From Eledone cirrhosa (Eukaryota): a stretch of 64,000 bases of DNA. Below the pieces are notes generated by a model. It was not told where the DNA came from. It ran no database searches and worked only from the letters and a program-made list of their open reading frames with translations. The stretch spans positions 130,758,001 through 130,822,000 of the forward strand of contig OZ024745.1 in NCBI GenBank assembly GCA_964016885.1. Reading direction: 5' to 3'. Position 1 is the first letter of the stretch. Each line of letters opens with the position of its first letter. Positions 1-14,985 of this stretch are shown here, piece after piece. A program made the position numbers and the translations under genes.

Positions 1-197
1 GGGACATTGTGTGTGACTGTGGCATCGAACCATAGACTACACAGCACCTCCTGTTATGCCTCCCGTTGGAACACCCCTGTTCAGCATTGGACTTGGCAGA
101 GTTTGATGAGAAAGGACAACAATGTGTTTGGCTGTGGCGGAACCACATCTAGCCAAACTTTGTAACTGACATTCTTGTGGACACGATAAGAAGAAAA
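1..197 (+). mobile_element. 3' end of a non-LTR retrotransposon (Ingi/Vingi/I-group-like), CCHC zinc-knuckle C-terminus, pseudogenised
   Basis: Frame 3 reads DIVCDCGIEP*TTQHLLLCLPLEHPCSALDLAEF...VWLWRNHI* (CxC-x8-H-x3-C motif with an internal stop). It ends in a GACACGATAAGAAGAA-type tail. Confidence 0.65.
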
Positions 198-204
198 TCA
201 CATA

Positions 205-470
205 AAATATCTATGGCGCTATGCTTGCGTACGAGTGTGTCTAACATGCAGCAATAATATCGTTGTTGGTAAGCATGTGTGTAAACATTTTATATCTATG
301 GTCCAACATGTTTGCGTACGAGTGTTTAGCATGTAGTAATTAATGTTATTGTGGGTGTGCGTGTATGTGTAAACATTTCATATCTATGGCCCTATATTTG
401 CATGCGATTGTGCCTAACATGTTTCAATGAATGCTGTTATTGGTATGCGTGAGTGACTAAACATTTTATA
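205..470. repeat. Diverged ~85-90 bp tandem repeat, ~3 copies
   Basis: Recurrent tatctatgg...ttgcgtacgagtgt...aacatg...gtaaacatttt units. Confidence 0.55.
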
Positions 471-1089
471 TGTAAGTTCAATGAAAATATAATGAGAAAA
501 CAGTGAAAAAGAAGTCAAATTGTCCAAACAGGATTTTGAAATGTATATGAAATATACGTAAAACATTAGGAAAATGATAGATTTAAAAAAATCATATTCA
601 ATATTCTTTTGAAAAGAAATCTACCTGCTTAAACAGCTGGATTCAGAGTCATTACTTTCGTTTTCATTTTCATATGTTTTGTGTTATATATCTTTGTTTC
701 ATGCTGTTTGTTGTCGTCACACTATGGTTTGAAATTCGGCACTATTGGTGTAGATGTTGTTGCAGGAACAGTCGTAACTGTAATTGGTTTTCTTGTTGTT
801 ACCGACTCCACGTGGTGTTAACTGAACCAAGTGTTTAGAAAAAAATGTGTTCTTCATGATGATGTTTATAATGAAATCTTTGATAAGGCTGTTTCTTTGC
901 AGATTGAAAGTTTTTTTTCTTTTTTCTTCTGAAGACTGCATGTCTGGATTGGAGGCGAGGAGGTCACCTTTTTTGGTGGTGTGAAAATAACGTAGAATTG
1001 TTAGATTGAATACATGTATATTATTGATTCACTGTATGTGGCTGTCGGGACTTGGTGGTTGTTTGAATAAAGTGAAATTAATTTGTGTA

Positions 1090-1260
1090 AATTGGGTTAA
1101 ACCTAAGAGCATGTGGTGGCATAGTTACAAAGAAAACACCCCTCAGCCGTTCGGTGAGAAATTGTTCTTTTTCCTAAGATTTTCCATGTATTTTCAAGGA
1201 ATCCGACCTGCAAATCAGTCGCAAACGACTCGTGTTTTAGAAAACGTTGGGGTGGGGATG
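1090..1260 (+). repeat. Unclassified interspersed repeat, diverged inverted partner of 2680-2830
   Basis: cctcagccgttc...gacctgcaaatcagtcgcaaacgactcg aligns with the reverse complement of 2690-2800. Confidence 0.5.
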
Positions 1261-2159
1261 GGGCCTTGTAGTTTCTTTGGTGGAAATTTTTTGGGGGCTA
1301 GATTTGTTTTCGTGTGTTTTCAACAACAAATTTGACCTCCAAATTGTCAGAAATTGACGATAAAATGGGAGCTGTAAAATAATTAGTTTTCTTAAACTAA
1401 CGAACCCAATATATTTCGCTTTAACGTGGATACTCCTAACTCAAGTAATTTATTTTTCCTGTATTTAAATGAAATCGGTGATACTTAGTCTTAAATCTAT
1501 TAGATGTATTTAGATAATGACTTCGCTGGTTTACGCACCGTAAGTCGTTCAGTATGGCTTCTGATTCGCTATACAGATTTTGTACAATATATATATAATG
1601 TTCGACTATCTATCTACATAAGTTTGACCACTACTCACACACACACACACAGACACACACACGCATATATATATATGTGTGTGTGTATGTATGTCTGTAT
1701 ATATATATATGTATCAACTATAAATTGATAGACATATAAATAAACATATGAAACAATCACAGGGGATAATTTGTAAAAGTGTGTAAGCACACATAGCTAG
1801 GTAGGTAACTAAATAAAGTTTAACTAGAGCTTCAAAAATAGATACCTTATAAAATGATTAATCTTCCTCTTATATATTCCATTAAAGAAATATATTTCAT
1901 CAATTAATCGATTGGTAAACAACAGAAGCCAGATCCTGGATTTTCAACAAGGAAGAGGTCCAACCATCTGTGTTTACGCATCAAGTTCAAATCAGCGACT
2001 GGCCAGTAACAGGTGCTGTATTTACTAAAAATACACACATCATACCAGCTTCGTCCCGGTGGCGTGAATAGGGTTATCGACAACTAGAAACAGCAATCAA
2101 GTCCTTTCAACTGAATTAGCTCTACAATTAAGGGGCCGTATTTATATATATATATATCC

Positions 2160-2381
2160 AAAATTAAGATAAATTAAATTAAATTAAATTAAATTAAGGG
2201 TGTCATGCCGGATAGATATGCGCCATATCACCCGTAAAATATGCTCCAATTTCTAGTTGATATAATATGCTCGGATCTATTCATTAGAATCTTGGAGCAT
2301 ATTTTACGGGTGATATGGCGCATGTCTATCCGGCATGACACCCTTAATTTAATTTAATTTAATTTAATTTATCTTAATTTT
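2160..2381. mobile_element. Fold-back element in (TA)n (family H), ~92-bp inverted arms
   Basis: 2160-2252 is the near-perfect reverse complement of 2290-2381, and both sides are flanked by (TA)n. Confidence 0.8.
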
Positions 2382-2382
2382 G

Positions 2383-2416
<34 letters not shown>

Positions 2417-2514
2417 CATATATATACATATATATATATATATGTATAAATTTATATAAGTATATATATATACATATATATATGTGTGTATATATATATA
2501 TGTGTGTGTATGTA

Positions 2515-2830
2515 TTTAAAACCCTAACCCTAAACCTTAACCATACTTTTAAACATATGTCGTGAAGTACGATGTTTAGCTAAAACTAACGAATGATTTC
2601 TAATGGTTTATAAAATCAGATTCTTTGAAATCCCACGAAAACCTCGTTAAGAAAATTCCCAGCTCTCCACCTCCACCTGCCCTAAATTTCTAAAGAACGA
2701 GTCCTTTACGACTTATTTGGAGGTCAGATTCGATGGAAAAACACGAAAAAACAAATAAATACTGGGAAAAACAGCAATTTGTCGTTGAACGGCTGAGGTG
2801 TGTTTTTCGATAATTTTACTTAAGTGGTTA
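2515..2830 (-). repeat. Unclassified interspersed repeat with ccctaaccctaa motif, related to 1090-1260
   Basis: Reverse-complement similarity to 1090-1260; ACCCTAACCCTAAACCTTAACC at 2521. Confidence 0.45.
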
Positions 2831-3697
2831 GTACGTTTTAAGTCTTCAGCAAAATATAATTTCTAACTACTCCAATTATTTCCAAAAAATAATTTCTAGC
2901 ATACCCACAAGTCCACACATATTGGTAAAAGATATAGTCAATTAAATCGATATTTAGGAAAAGTGAACAGAGAAAGTTGAAAGCATGTATTGAGTAAAAA
3001 ATAGGTATTTATTCGTTAACCTGGGGTTTAAATCGACAATACAGTCTTTGGATGATTGTAGTTGATATTAGAATAATTATAAGTTGAATGAGAATTACAA
3101 TGAACTACGAGGTGTTGGTGTTATAAAAGTATCCTTATAATGAGTGGAAATAAGCAAAGGTTGTACAGTATATATGCATAGAGATGTTATTGGACAGAAT
3201 AAACTGTGTAATTTGTGGTGCATACCGAGCGTAGAAACATGGAAGACAAGCAGAGTGAATTCGTGAATACAGAGACATAGCTTGAGAAAATAGATTGCTT
3301 TGATGTCTGGCAGATTTACTAACCTGGGTGCCATGAATTGGATGGGACAACAACGATTACTACGGTAACTTCCATGGCTAAAGTAGCGTGTCCATTATCT
3401 GAGGAGGAACAGAGAGAGTGGTGAAGATTTGGTCGCTTGGCTTAAATATCAGAAAGTGTCATCAAGGCTATTTTTGGCGATGACTTCGTAGCTATCTTAG
3501 TTTCATACCTGCAGATTTATCTCTGTGATAATTTCACTAAACTCACATATACGTACGTAAATACACACATACATACATTTATATATATATATATATATAT
3601 ATAGATATATATATACATACAGATATATATATGTATATATATATACATATACACAAACACATACACACATATATATATATATAAATATATATATATA

Positions 3698-4269
<572 letters not shown>

Positions 4270-4326
4270 GAGGGATTTAATTTGTTGGGATACAACAAGC
4301 AAAATATTTTTATAACTGTTATTTTA

Positions 4327-4361
<35 letters not shown>

Positions 4362-4451
4362 GAGGTTATATTTAATTTGTTGGGATACAACAAGCAAAAT
4401 ATTTTTATAACAGGGTATGTCAATATTTATTTATAAAACTAAACTATATTA

Positions 4452-4517
4452 TATTTTATCTGATGAAAGCGCACCATAGTTTGCCTTGGTGGTCCTTGAA
4501 ATATGTATAATGAAATA
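4452..4517 (+). ncRNA. Type I hammerhead ribozyme (family K)
   Basis: tattttat-CTGATGA-aag cg cacca[tagtttgcct]tggtg gtc ctt-GAAA-tatgta-TA-atgaaata; 8-bp stem I. Confidence 0.85.
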
Positions 4518-4606
4518 AATATGGTTTTATAAATATAGTTTCCATTTGTTAATATATTGTATATATATATATTAACAAATGGAAACTATATTTATAAAAC
4601 CATATT

Positions 4607-4672
4607 TATTTCATTATACACATTTCAAGGGCCACCAAGGCAAACTATGGTGCGCTTTCATCAGATAAAATA
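4607..4672 (-). ncRNA. Type I hammerhead ribozyme (family K, inverted copy)
   Basis: Reverse complement of 4452-4517 with an intact core. Confidence 0.8.
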
Positions 4673-4780
4673 TAATATAGTTTAGTTTTATAAATAAATA
4701 TTGACATACCCTGTTATAAAAATATGTTGCTTGTTGTATCCCAACAAATTAAATATAACCTCTACAATATATATATATAT

Positions 4781-5025
4781 TAGAAAGTGAGGTTTTTTGT
4801 ACAAAATGAAAAATAACCGCGTGTCCTACACGAGTGAAAGTATAAAGAAAAAAAGATGAAATCGAAAATGCTACTGGAGTCTTATTTTTTTTTAAATATA
4901 TATATATTTATTTGGTTCCTTTACCGGTTTCGCAGTTCTTCTGCTTTTCAAAAGTAGAGTTGAGATGGAGGGTCTGTGGTTTTTCTCACATCTGGAACCA
5001 GTTGCATTTTCGATTTCATCTTTTT

Positions 5026-5028
<3 letters not shown>
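4781..5028 (-). mobile_element. PLE-type terminus (family C)
   Basis: Flanked by (TA)n with a short internal inversion. The same sequence occurs at 24400-24676 and 62742-63064. Confidence 0.7.
4919..4954 (-). ncRNA. Minimal type I hammerhead candidate with U3-A8 covariation (family C)
   Basis: Minus strand ctt-TTGAAAA-gcag[aagaa]ctgc-GAAA-ccgg-TA-aag; palindromic stem III ACCGGT; stem I is only 3 bp. Confidence 0.6.
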
Positions 5029-5100
<72 letters not shown>

Positions 5101-5369
5101 AATATATTAATTGGCACATCCAAAAAAAAAGAATGAAGCTGTTCGTTTTTTTTTTCGTTTTCTTTATATTTCAGTACTTATAATATAAACAACTTTACCA
5201 AATAGTGTATGATGAGAAAGTAATCAATTGAAAAATACAAGTTTTAAAACGTGACTTGATGCTAAAATATGTCACGTTAAAATGAATATTTTCCTCTTAG
5301 AAAACGTGAAGGATAACAAACGACGGCGTCGGTAATCTAGCGGTATAAATGGTTTATGCTTCGTCTGAA

Positions 5370-5481
5370 GATGATGATGGTAGTGGTGATGGTGGTGGTG
5401 GTGGTGATGATGATGATGAGGATGATGATGATGATGATGATGATGGTGATGATGTGGTGGTGGTGGTGGTGGCGGTGGTGG

Positions 5482-5512
<31 letters not shown>

Positions 5513-5625
5513 GGTGGTGGTGGTGGTGGTGGTGGTGGTGGTGATGACGATGATGATGATGACGATGACGATGATGGTAACGATGATGATGACGATGACG
5601 ATGATGATGATGAGGATGATGATGA
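5370..5625. repeat. (GAT)n/(GGT)n compound trinucleotide microsatellite
   Basis: Seen directly; explains the poly-His/Pro/Ser/Asp ORFs. Confidence 0.95.
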
Positions 5626-6498
5626 GAAGGAAGAGAGAGGATGAAGACGAGGTAGAGAGAGAAGAAACAAGAAAAGGAATTTGATATCAAATCTATAATA
5701 CTTTCTTTATTCTCTGTAGTTTACCGTTCTCTGAATTCTAGAAATAATTGGAAGAAAGAAACTTAGTGCTTTAGATGGTAATAATGATCTTTTATAATGA
5801 TAACAGCATGGTGGGGTGGCAGATGGTAGAATGTGATAGAGCGTTAGACATAATACCTTTATGGTCGGAGTTCAAACCCCACTGCAATAAAATGTGCTTT
5901 CCATTCTTTCGGAATCGATTTGATAAAACGTGAACAAAATAATTTGGCATGAAACTACCATTAGTCCCTCTGTCTCAATCCCAACGGTATTTACTTTGAT
6001 TTCTTCCTTACGGGGTCGATGAAGTGAAATATTCACATCGATTTAATTAGCTATACATTCTACCAATGTTTGAGGAATTGTGGGTAGGCTAGAAATCAAT
6101 ATTTTAGAAAATAAAAGAGCGGTTGGTGCCAGGATTTTATACCTTCTCTGATAAAATAACTTTTCTTCAATCAGTCCTGTGTCCTAAATCGATATGATGA
6201 AATACACCAAATTTTTTTTAGATCAAAATTTTGGAGATTTTAATATTAACGACGGTGTAGCCGATGGCAAAGATCAATAAATGACTTTTATTCCACTTTG
6301 TCTCTCACCTCAATGCGATTAGGAATAAACTGGTGTTGATTTTAATCTCCAATACATTCTATATGAAAGTTGTTAACTTAACCCAGAACTTAACAACGTA
6401 CTGAGTCAACGCATTCTTGTCTCCTTCTCCCACACACACACTATCTCTCTCTATATATATAGAGAGAGAGAGGGGGGAGTGGGAAGAGAGAGAGAGAG

Positions 6499-6786
<288 letters not shown>

Positions 6787-6787
6787 T

Positions 6788-7132
<345 letters not shown>

Positions 7133-7144
<12 letters not shown>

Positions 7145-7565
7145 ACAGGAGGCTAGACTGGTGTAAATCCTTGAAAGGTTTATTATACCATGATCATTTC
7201 AATGACCGGGTTCCATAAGAATCCGGTGATATCATCAGCTATTCGAAATATAACAAAGGAATATGTAAAAACTATGGGTCCGAAAAATCAGAAACAGAGA
7301 GGACGACTGACCAACTAGCTGCCTTCACCTCGGCCAGTCGCCGTCAAATCACCGGATTCATATGGAACCCGGTCATTGAAATGATCATGGTATAATAAAG
7401 CTTTCAAGGATTTACACCAGTCCAGCCTGTTATTTTTATTTATAATTAACTCCGTATTCGCACCACCAACTACACAAACGAAGACGGGTGAACTGCACTA
7501 TGTTGAGTACTCTTCACAATATTACGGAATGACAATTCTATCCAGTGGTGAACCAACAAACCTAA

Positions 7566-7568
<3 letters not shown>
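7133..7568. mobile_element. PLE-type terminus with inverted arms (family D)
   Basis: 7133-7230 is the reverse complement of 7348-7443, flanked by (TA)n. The minus strand at 7185-7242 has CTGATGA-stem II-GAAA-tgatca-T but G at position 17. Confidence 0.7.
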
Positions 7569-7603
<35 letters not shown>

Positions 7604-7848
7604 CAAAAGTAAAACTAAATTTATAAGGGTCGAATGAAAATAGAGAATTATATATGATAGTATATAATTGCCACGTCCTTTCAGAATTAGCTTCATGTGT
7701 TTATATATTATATATCAATGTCTGTGTATGGAAATTGATTATGTGAATTGCTTCATAACATTTCAAATTAATTGGATGTACAACTCCCTTGGAACATATG
7801 GAAGGAAATAAATATGATTTAGAAGATATTTTTTCCATCTATATATTC

Positions 7849-7900
<52 letters not shown>

Positions 7901-7904
7901 GAGA

Positions 7905-8105
7905 GAGTCCCCCACTTCAAGTTAGTAGGGAACTCAAGTTAGTAGGGAACTCAATACATTAGTAGTAAACATTAGTAGTAAACATCAAGTTTAATATAGA
8001 AATGGCTTCTACAGGACTAGAACTGCTTCGTTCAAAAGAAATCAACTTTTGAACGAAACAGTTCTGGACCTGTATAAGCCATTTCTATATTAACTAAACT
8101 TTACA
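7905..8105. mobile_element. Family E fold-back copy
   Basis: 7990-8035 is the reverse complement of 8048-8093; retains the 3' hammerhead half GAAA-cag[..]ctg-TA. Confidence 0.7.
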
Positions 8106-8116
8106 TATATATATAT

Positions 8117-8313
8117 GTAGGAGGAGAGTTTTATTGTAGTACAATAAAGCAATGCAGATATCGGATAAGTAGAACTCTACTGTTTGTGGGACTGGAGTAT
8201 AAATAATATAAGATCAAAAGATGGTTAAAAGAGTTCCATGTATTTTATTATGCGCATTTCAAAAACAAATTTCATCATGCGATGACATCTCATGATGATA
8301 TTTGTTTTTGAAA
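8117..8313 (-). mobile_element. Family I PLE-type terminus, inverted inside hammerhead stem II
   Basis: Matches 51276-51478; the minus strand retains GAAA-tgcgca-TA-ataaaa. Confidence 0.7.
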
Positions 8314-8326
8314 TATATATATATGT

Positions 8327-8527
8327 ATAACAAAGGAATTGTAGTAAGGAACCAGATGGACCATAACGCACCAGAGTACTCAATACTTAGGGTAGTATAG
8401 TGGGAAATAGGAAAAAGTATGACCCCGACAGCAGAGCTCAAGCCGTATCGGCGGCTATTTCTGGAAATACCCGTCCAGAAATAGCCGTCGAAACGGCTTG
8501 AGCTCTGCCGTCGGGGTCATACTTTTT

Positions 8528-8530
<3 letters not shown>
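8327..8530. mobile_element. Family A fold-back element
   Basis: 8408-8465 is the reverse complement of 8474-8530. The same family occurs at 8732-8828, 13783-14302, 25046-25336 and 30645-30871. Confidence 0.8.
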
Positions 8531-8608
<78 letters not shown>

Positions 8609-8836
8609 TCGTTAATATCAGAGAAATATTGAACTGTGGACATATTAAACACTCCGACGTGTTCTGATACTTTACTCTCAATTCTCCTTCTCACCCCGTC
8701 TCATTCGTATATATATATATATATATATATATAGGAAAATGTTTAACCCCGACGGCTGAGCTCTAGCCGTTTCGACTGCTATCTGGTGTTTTATGATCCA
8801 TCTGGTTCCTTACCACACCTCCTTCGTTATATATAT

Positions 8837-8971
<135 letters not shown>

Positions 8972-10340
8972 CCTATCTCTAATGAAATTAATATTCTATA
9001 ATTAAACTTCAACGTTCTCAAAAATTAGAAAATCAAATCTATTTGTTCTTAGTTGGTCTTTCAAGTGCAAACATTTTTGTTGGTTCATTCATGGGTCAAC
9101 ATTGATTTTTATGAAGGCAAATATGCAGAGACTGAAAAATCAATATGCTTTATTTTCATTATTTGATATTTAATGATATTCATAAAAATTATTGTATACT
9201 ATACTATACTATACTATACTATACGTGAAATATCCGTCGAGTATTCTATATATGTGTATGTCTGCATAATTATACCATCGGCATGCTGATGTGTGTATTA
9301 CAGTTTCAATTCCGAGATAAACAATTACACTTAACACTTTTATCTAATATTTTGAGTCACAGATAGAGATGGGTATATGCGGTAGCAAACTCTAATAGAA
9401 ATAGCAGACAATTTCCCTCAAATTATTACTTACCTTCGTAAATAGAATGAATGTTTTGAAGGATATATTCCTAGTATATATACCAAAAACAATGGTATGT
9501 CATGTTGAGAACCACTTAGGTATAGGCTTATTGAAACCGGCATGCCTGTTTTTATACAACTACATCAAATCTGATCTCTGTTGCCTTTGTTGATAACATA
9601 GTGGGAGATGGGCACTGTTGGCTTGCTCTCAACATTCTACATGGTATCTGTTCCTTCAGTAGTGATCACAATATAACTTTTACCTTGTCTAAATTTGTCG
9701 GCTTTTTTTATGAGTATTACGTTCTACAGGTTCTGTTTATAATATAGAATTATATTATTTATACGATTCCTAATTGAAAATAATGTTTTAAGCATTAGCT
9801 ATCTTGGAATTAATGATATCAATGTACCTTTTTTACAAGTTAAATTCAGATCTCAAATGTGGTTAGGGTCTTTGAAGAAGTAGGTTATGCTATAATACGG
9901 CAAATGAAGGGTTTTGACATTGAAAGTGATACATCGTATCTATAATAGAAATATGTGAAATATAATACAAGTATCTTTTAAATTGGAACAGTATTTAACC
10001 ATGAATAATGATAAACAAAAATGCATGTAATATGTTCATACGCTCCAATTTGCTTTGCTTATACAGTGTTTAGTAAATTAGAGGCAACTCAGTAAGTGGA
10101 TAGGAAGTCAGTCTAATGCAACAAACATTTCCAAATCACACATTAATCGATTCCTGGTAATTGGATAACATAAATTCCATAAAAATAGTTTTATTATCAG
10201 AGTACATGACTAAATATTGGCTTTGAATTTGAACTCCTGATCTACGTGCTAATATAACATTTCTTAATTCATTCGGCTTTTTTTCCATTTTCCATTTTTT
10301 ATAAGGTTTCTGACTAAATGAAATTTTAAGTCGCTGATGT

Positions 10341-10489
10341 AGTTAATACATTTAAAAGACGGGCTGAGCTGTGAAATGATCACTCTCTAGTTAATACATT
10401 TAAAAGACGGGCTGAGCTGTGAAATGATCACTCTCTAGTTAATACATTTAAAAGACGGGCTGAGCTGTGAAATGATCACTCTCTAGTTA
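10341..10489. repeat. 48-bp perfect tandem repeat, 3 copies
   Basis: Unit agttaatacatttaaaagacgggctgagctgtgaaatgatcactctct. Confidence 0.95.
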
Positions 10490-10704
10490 TCTGCAGCCTG
10501 AGACATCTTAAAGTCAAAAACACCCACAAAACTCATAGATTCAGCTCATCCTAGCAGATAAAGTGGACAACGCTGGTTGATGATTAAGTGAAGGTCAGGT
10601 ATGTAGATACTATTGCATTTAAATTGTAAGAAACCCCTGAACAAATTGAGGACGTTAAAGCGGAGTAGGAAGGGTTCAGCTAGCAGTTTCTGCTTCAGCT
10701 CTTA

Positions 10705-10888
10705 AATAATTGTTTCTACTTTTGGCACAAGGCCAGCAAATTAACCAGTGTATTACTGGTACTTTATTTTATCGACCCCCGTAAGGATGAAAGGCAAAGT
10801 TAACCTCAGCGGAATTTGAACTCAGACCACAAAGGGCCGTAACTATGCTGGAAGGCATGGCGTCCGACCCTCTACCGATACAGCCAAT
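10705..10888 (-). mobile_element. tRNA-derived SINE (octopus-type)
   Basis: Reverse complement has the B-box GAGTTCAAATTCC and the body actttgcctttcatccttacggggtcgataaaataaagtaccag. Confidence 0.9.
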
Positions 10889-11428
10889 ACTGTTAAATAA
10901 TGCGATCGAAAAGGGTCCAGTGTGGCGCTGGGTGGCATGAGGATGTCCTGGTTGATTCTTGAGATTAAAGACGACATGCGAGCAAAAAAGAAGGCGTACA
11001 ATATATAGATTATATATGCACGGCATGACTAAATCGATTATAAGTAAATCAATAAATATTGAAGATATATAAATCTAGGGTTCGGCAACAAGACAGAAGG
11101 TTTATCGATCAATGCTTTTGAATCTGAAATATTTAAACATTTACTAAAAAAATACAAAATATAATTTCAAAAACAAAAATGAAACACTGTTAAGAAATGG
11201 TGAACTGTCGTTTAATGCAAATCATTCTAAGCAGTTATGGCAAGATAGGGTATTGCGTGCATAGGCAACTCTCATCACAGTAGAGTAAATTATATGGAAA
11301 TGTCTAAGATCTTGTAATGACTAGCTTCTGGAAACCAACTGAATATTACTGTAGCGGTTTAACTCAGAAAAATATATTAAATCATATCTGAGATAACAAT
11401 AACATTTAGTGGCATCATATTTCAGTTA

Positions 11429-11622
11429 GGGCGATGGATTGGCAGTATCGGTAGAGTGTCAGACACCATGTTTAGAGCATAGAGTTATGGCCCTTTACGT
11501 TCTGGATTCAAATCCCGCCGAGGTTAACTTTGCCTTTCATCCTTACGGGGTCGATAAAATAAAGTACCAGTAATACACTGGAAAAATCGCTGGCCTTGTT
11601 CCAAAAGTAGAAACAATTATTA
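11429..11622 (+). mobile_element. tRNA-derived SINE
   Basis: A-box-like TGGCAGTATCGG, B-box GGATTCAAATCCC, same body and (ATT)n tail. Confidence 0.9.
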
Positions 11623-11937
11623 TATTTCAGTTTGGGTTACCATCATGTGGTTTAAAGGATGATGAACCTGTGCAACACATTATACAACTTTTGTTTTCCT
11701 ATTGTAGCGTAGGATCAACCCATGACTTGTCAGTGAATTAGGGTAGACAGAAACTGTGTGGAAGCCTACCAGATATATAGTACATATTTTCAGATGTCAG
11801 ACCTGATCCACCGCTCAGTGTTTAATAGCAATACTGTATTTTAATTGGCGTGCTTTCTGTTGCAAACATTCGGATCATGTGTCCGATCAGAAAATAATAC
11901 ACGTATCACTTGTGTGTGTGTGTGTCTGTGTGTTTGT

Positions 11938-12028
<91 letters not shown>

Positions 12029-12642
12029 GTCGCATTAAATATCATGGTCGCTGAGCTTTCTACTTTAAGTCATAGTAAATACTGAAAGGACTGGAAACAT
12101 TACACAAATATAAAGATAGCAAAATAAATTTAAAAAAAATATAAAAAAGCACAAACAATACGTGTTTGGTTTGGGAAATAGATATAACTAATGAGCCCAA
12201 GTCTTACAAATAGACTAAAACTACAAAAACAAATCCGAACCTTATATCCTGTATTATGAACGTAATAAAGAATGAAACAATTGTATAGACGCATCGCACA
12301 GGAATCCTCTCTAGGTAATATATTGAAAATCCGCAATAATAATAATAGAAATAATAATACGACTACCGATGCCAAAAGGTAAAATAAAACTAATAAAGCA
12401 GAATCCCCAGACGAGTTGTTATATCGTTTAATCATACCTGGTATTGATAAGAAGAAGAAAAAAATTCCTCTATATTCACAACTATGTTTCGATTCCAATT
12501 CGAGCAACGTGTGACATACTTAATTTTTATCATCTTTTTACTGTCGATTAGTGTGAGATTTCACAACCCGAGACAATTAGTTGTACAAAGATGTCTATAT
12601 TGAAATGAGTCTCCAATTCTGCACAGAAATGAGATGATGCTT

Positions 12643-12975
<333 letters not shown>

Positions 12976-13121
12976 TATATATGTAAATATATATATGAAT
13001 ATACAAATATGTATGTGTATATATATATATATATATATATTCATTTAAATATATATTTATATATTTATGTATATATATATATATGCATATATATATATAC
13101 ATATATATATATGTGTGTGTA

Positions 13122-13161
<40 letters not shown>

Positions 13162-13439
13162 TATATATATAAATATGTATATATGTATATATGTATGTAT
13201 GTAAATATGTATATATGTATATATATATAAGTATATATATATATATATAAATATGTATATATGTATATATATGTATGTATGTATGTAAGTATGTATATAT
13301 ATATATATATATATATACCATATATATATATATATATATACATATATATACTAGATCAATTCATACTTCTCTAATTTCCCAGTGGTGAGATTGGTAACGG
13401 CTTTAGTACACAATTGATACGCGTCGTGTTTTGTTACAC

Positions 13440-13505
<66 letters not shown>

Positions 13506-13782
13506 CAATTATCATTGAGTTTAATTTAGAAGCAAAATTAACAATAGTGGTCAGTTTAAAGGTACGTACAGCGAACATGACTGACGTGCATAGTGGCGGT
13601 GGTGTTTAGCTGTGTTGGTAGTTGAAGGCAATATTTCTGGGCAAAATGCTGTAGTCTGCAATGGCGGCCTTCGTTGTTGTTACACTGGTGATATGGGGGT
13701 TGTATTGGTGGCCTTAATAGCAAATAATGTGGTAGAATTATAACATCTGTATTAGGCATATATATATATATATATATATATA

Positions 13783-14302
<520 letters not shown>

Positions 14303-14551
14303 ATTTATATATATATATATATATCGTTTCTGAATTTGTTTAGCAAGATTCTTTTTCTGAAAGCGTGTGTTGAAACCGGTATTGTTATACTTTGGGAGGG
14401 TCATGTTGCCAATAAGAAACACACGCACCAGTTGCTTTCACTCCAATTTATTATAAATTAGAAAATTTTTTTTCTTTTTCAGAAAAAAAATAAAAATTTA
14501 TAAATTTCCGGTTGGTTGGTTGGTTCCACAACCGGGCGTTGTTCATATATT

Positions 14552-14594
14552 GTCAAAGTTCTTTCGTCACACATTCTGTGACCTCTTCAGTGAC
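14552..14594 (-). ncRNA. Minimal type I hammerhead ribozyme (family F)
   Basis: gtca-CTGAAGA-g gtcac[agaatgt]gtgac-GAAA-gaac-TT-tgac. Confidence 0.8.
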
Positions 14595-14790
14595 GGGATT
14601 CTTTTCTTTGTTTTGTGCCTCTCCTTTGTTCTGTCCTACACCATCTTGTTTTTATGTGTGTTGTGTGCTTAGTTTGCGCATGTGATACATCCGGGTGTCT
14701 GTGTGTGTTTTTATTTGTTTATTTATTTGTTTATTTACATGTTACTGGTTTGTTGTTTGTTCTATGTGCGTGTGTGTTTTCATTTTGTCC

Positions 14791-14985
14791 TTAATTGTAA
14801 GTTGTGATGTTGCTATTCCATTCATGTTTTCTATTTAATTTTGGTTGGAATTCATTTATGTTTATTGCTTCTGTGATTTGTCTAAACATTGCGTCTTTTC
14901 TGTGTGTAGATTTTATTTTTATTTCTATGTTCTCTAATTTACCCTTATGTTCTATTTTAGCATGTTGGTGGAGTATTGATGATTC
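14791..14985 (-). pseudogene. C-terminal fragment of a PLE GIY-YIG endonuclease
   Basis: Hand translation ESSILHQHAKIEHKGKLENIEIKIKSTHRKDAMFRQITEAININEFQPKLNRKHEWNSNITTYN*, carrying S-x-L-x2-H-x4-H and R-x-I-x-EA-x2-I-x4-P-x-LN motifs. Confidence 0.85.

Larger units (their letters stand above)
14324..14985 (-). mobile_element. 5'-truncated Penelope-like retrotransposon (family F): endonuclease end, 3' UTR, hammerhead, terminus
   Basis: GIY-YIG C-terminal coding fragment followed by a hammerhead; both ends abut (TA)n. Confidence 0.85.

Noticed and set aside
920-1000. CTGAAGA...GAAA...GTA hammerhead-like spacing
   Set aside because: Stems I and II do not form convincingly, and there is no TA or fold-back context.
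3050-3450. Possible decayed RTE-like LINE (ETW and FDVW-like words)
   Set aside because: Too many stops and frameshifts to support a call by eye.
5272-5690. Poly-Ser/Pro/His ORFs
   Set aside because: Trinucleotide microsatellite.
10341-10489. Possible hammerhead in the 48-bp tandem repeat (CTGAGCT..GAAAtgatca)
   Set aside because: The core is not CUGANGA, and stems I and II are absent.
12219-12275. SEPYILYYER peptide resembling a USP C-terminal motif
   Set aside because: There is an in-frame stop five codons upstream and no splice acceptor; likely chance.
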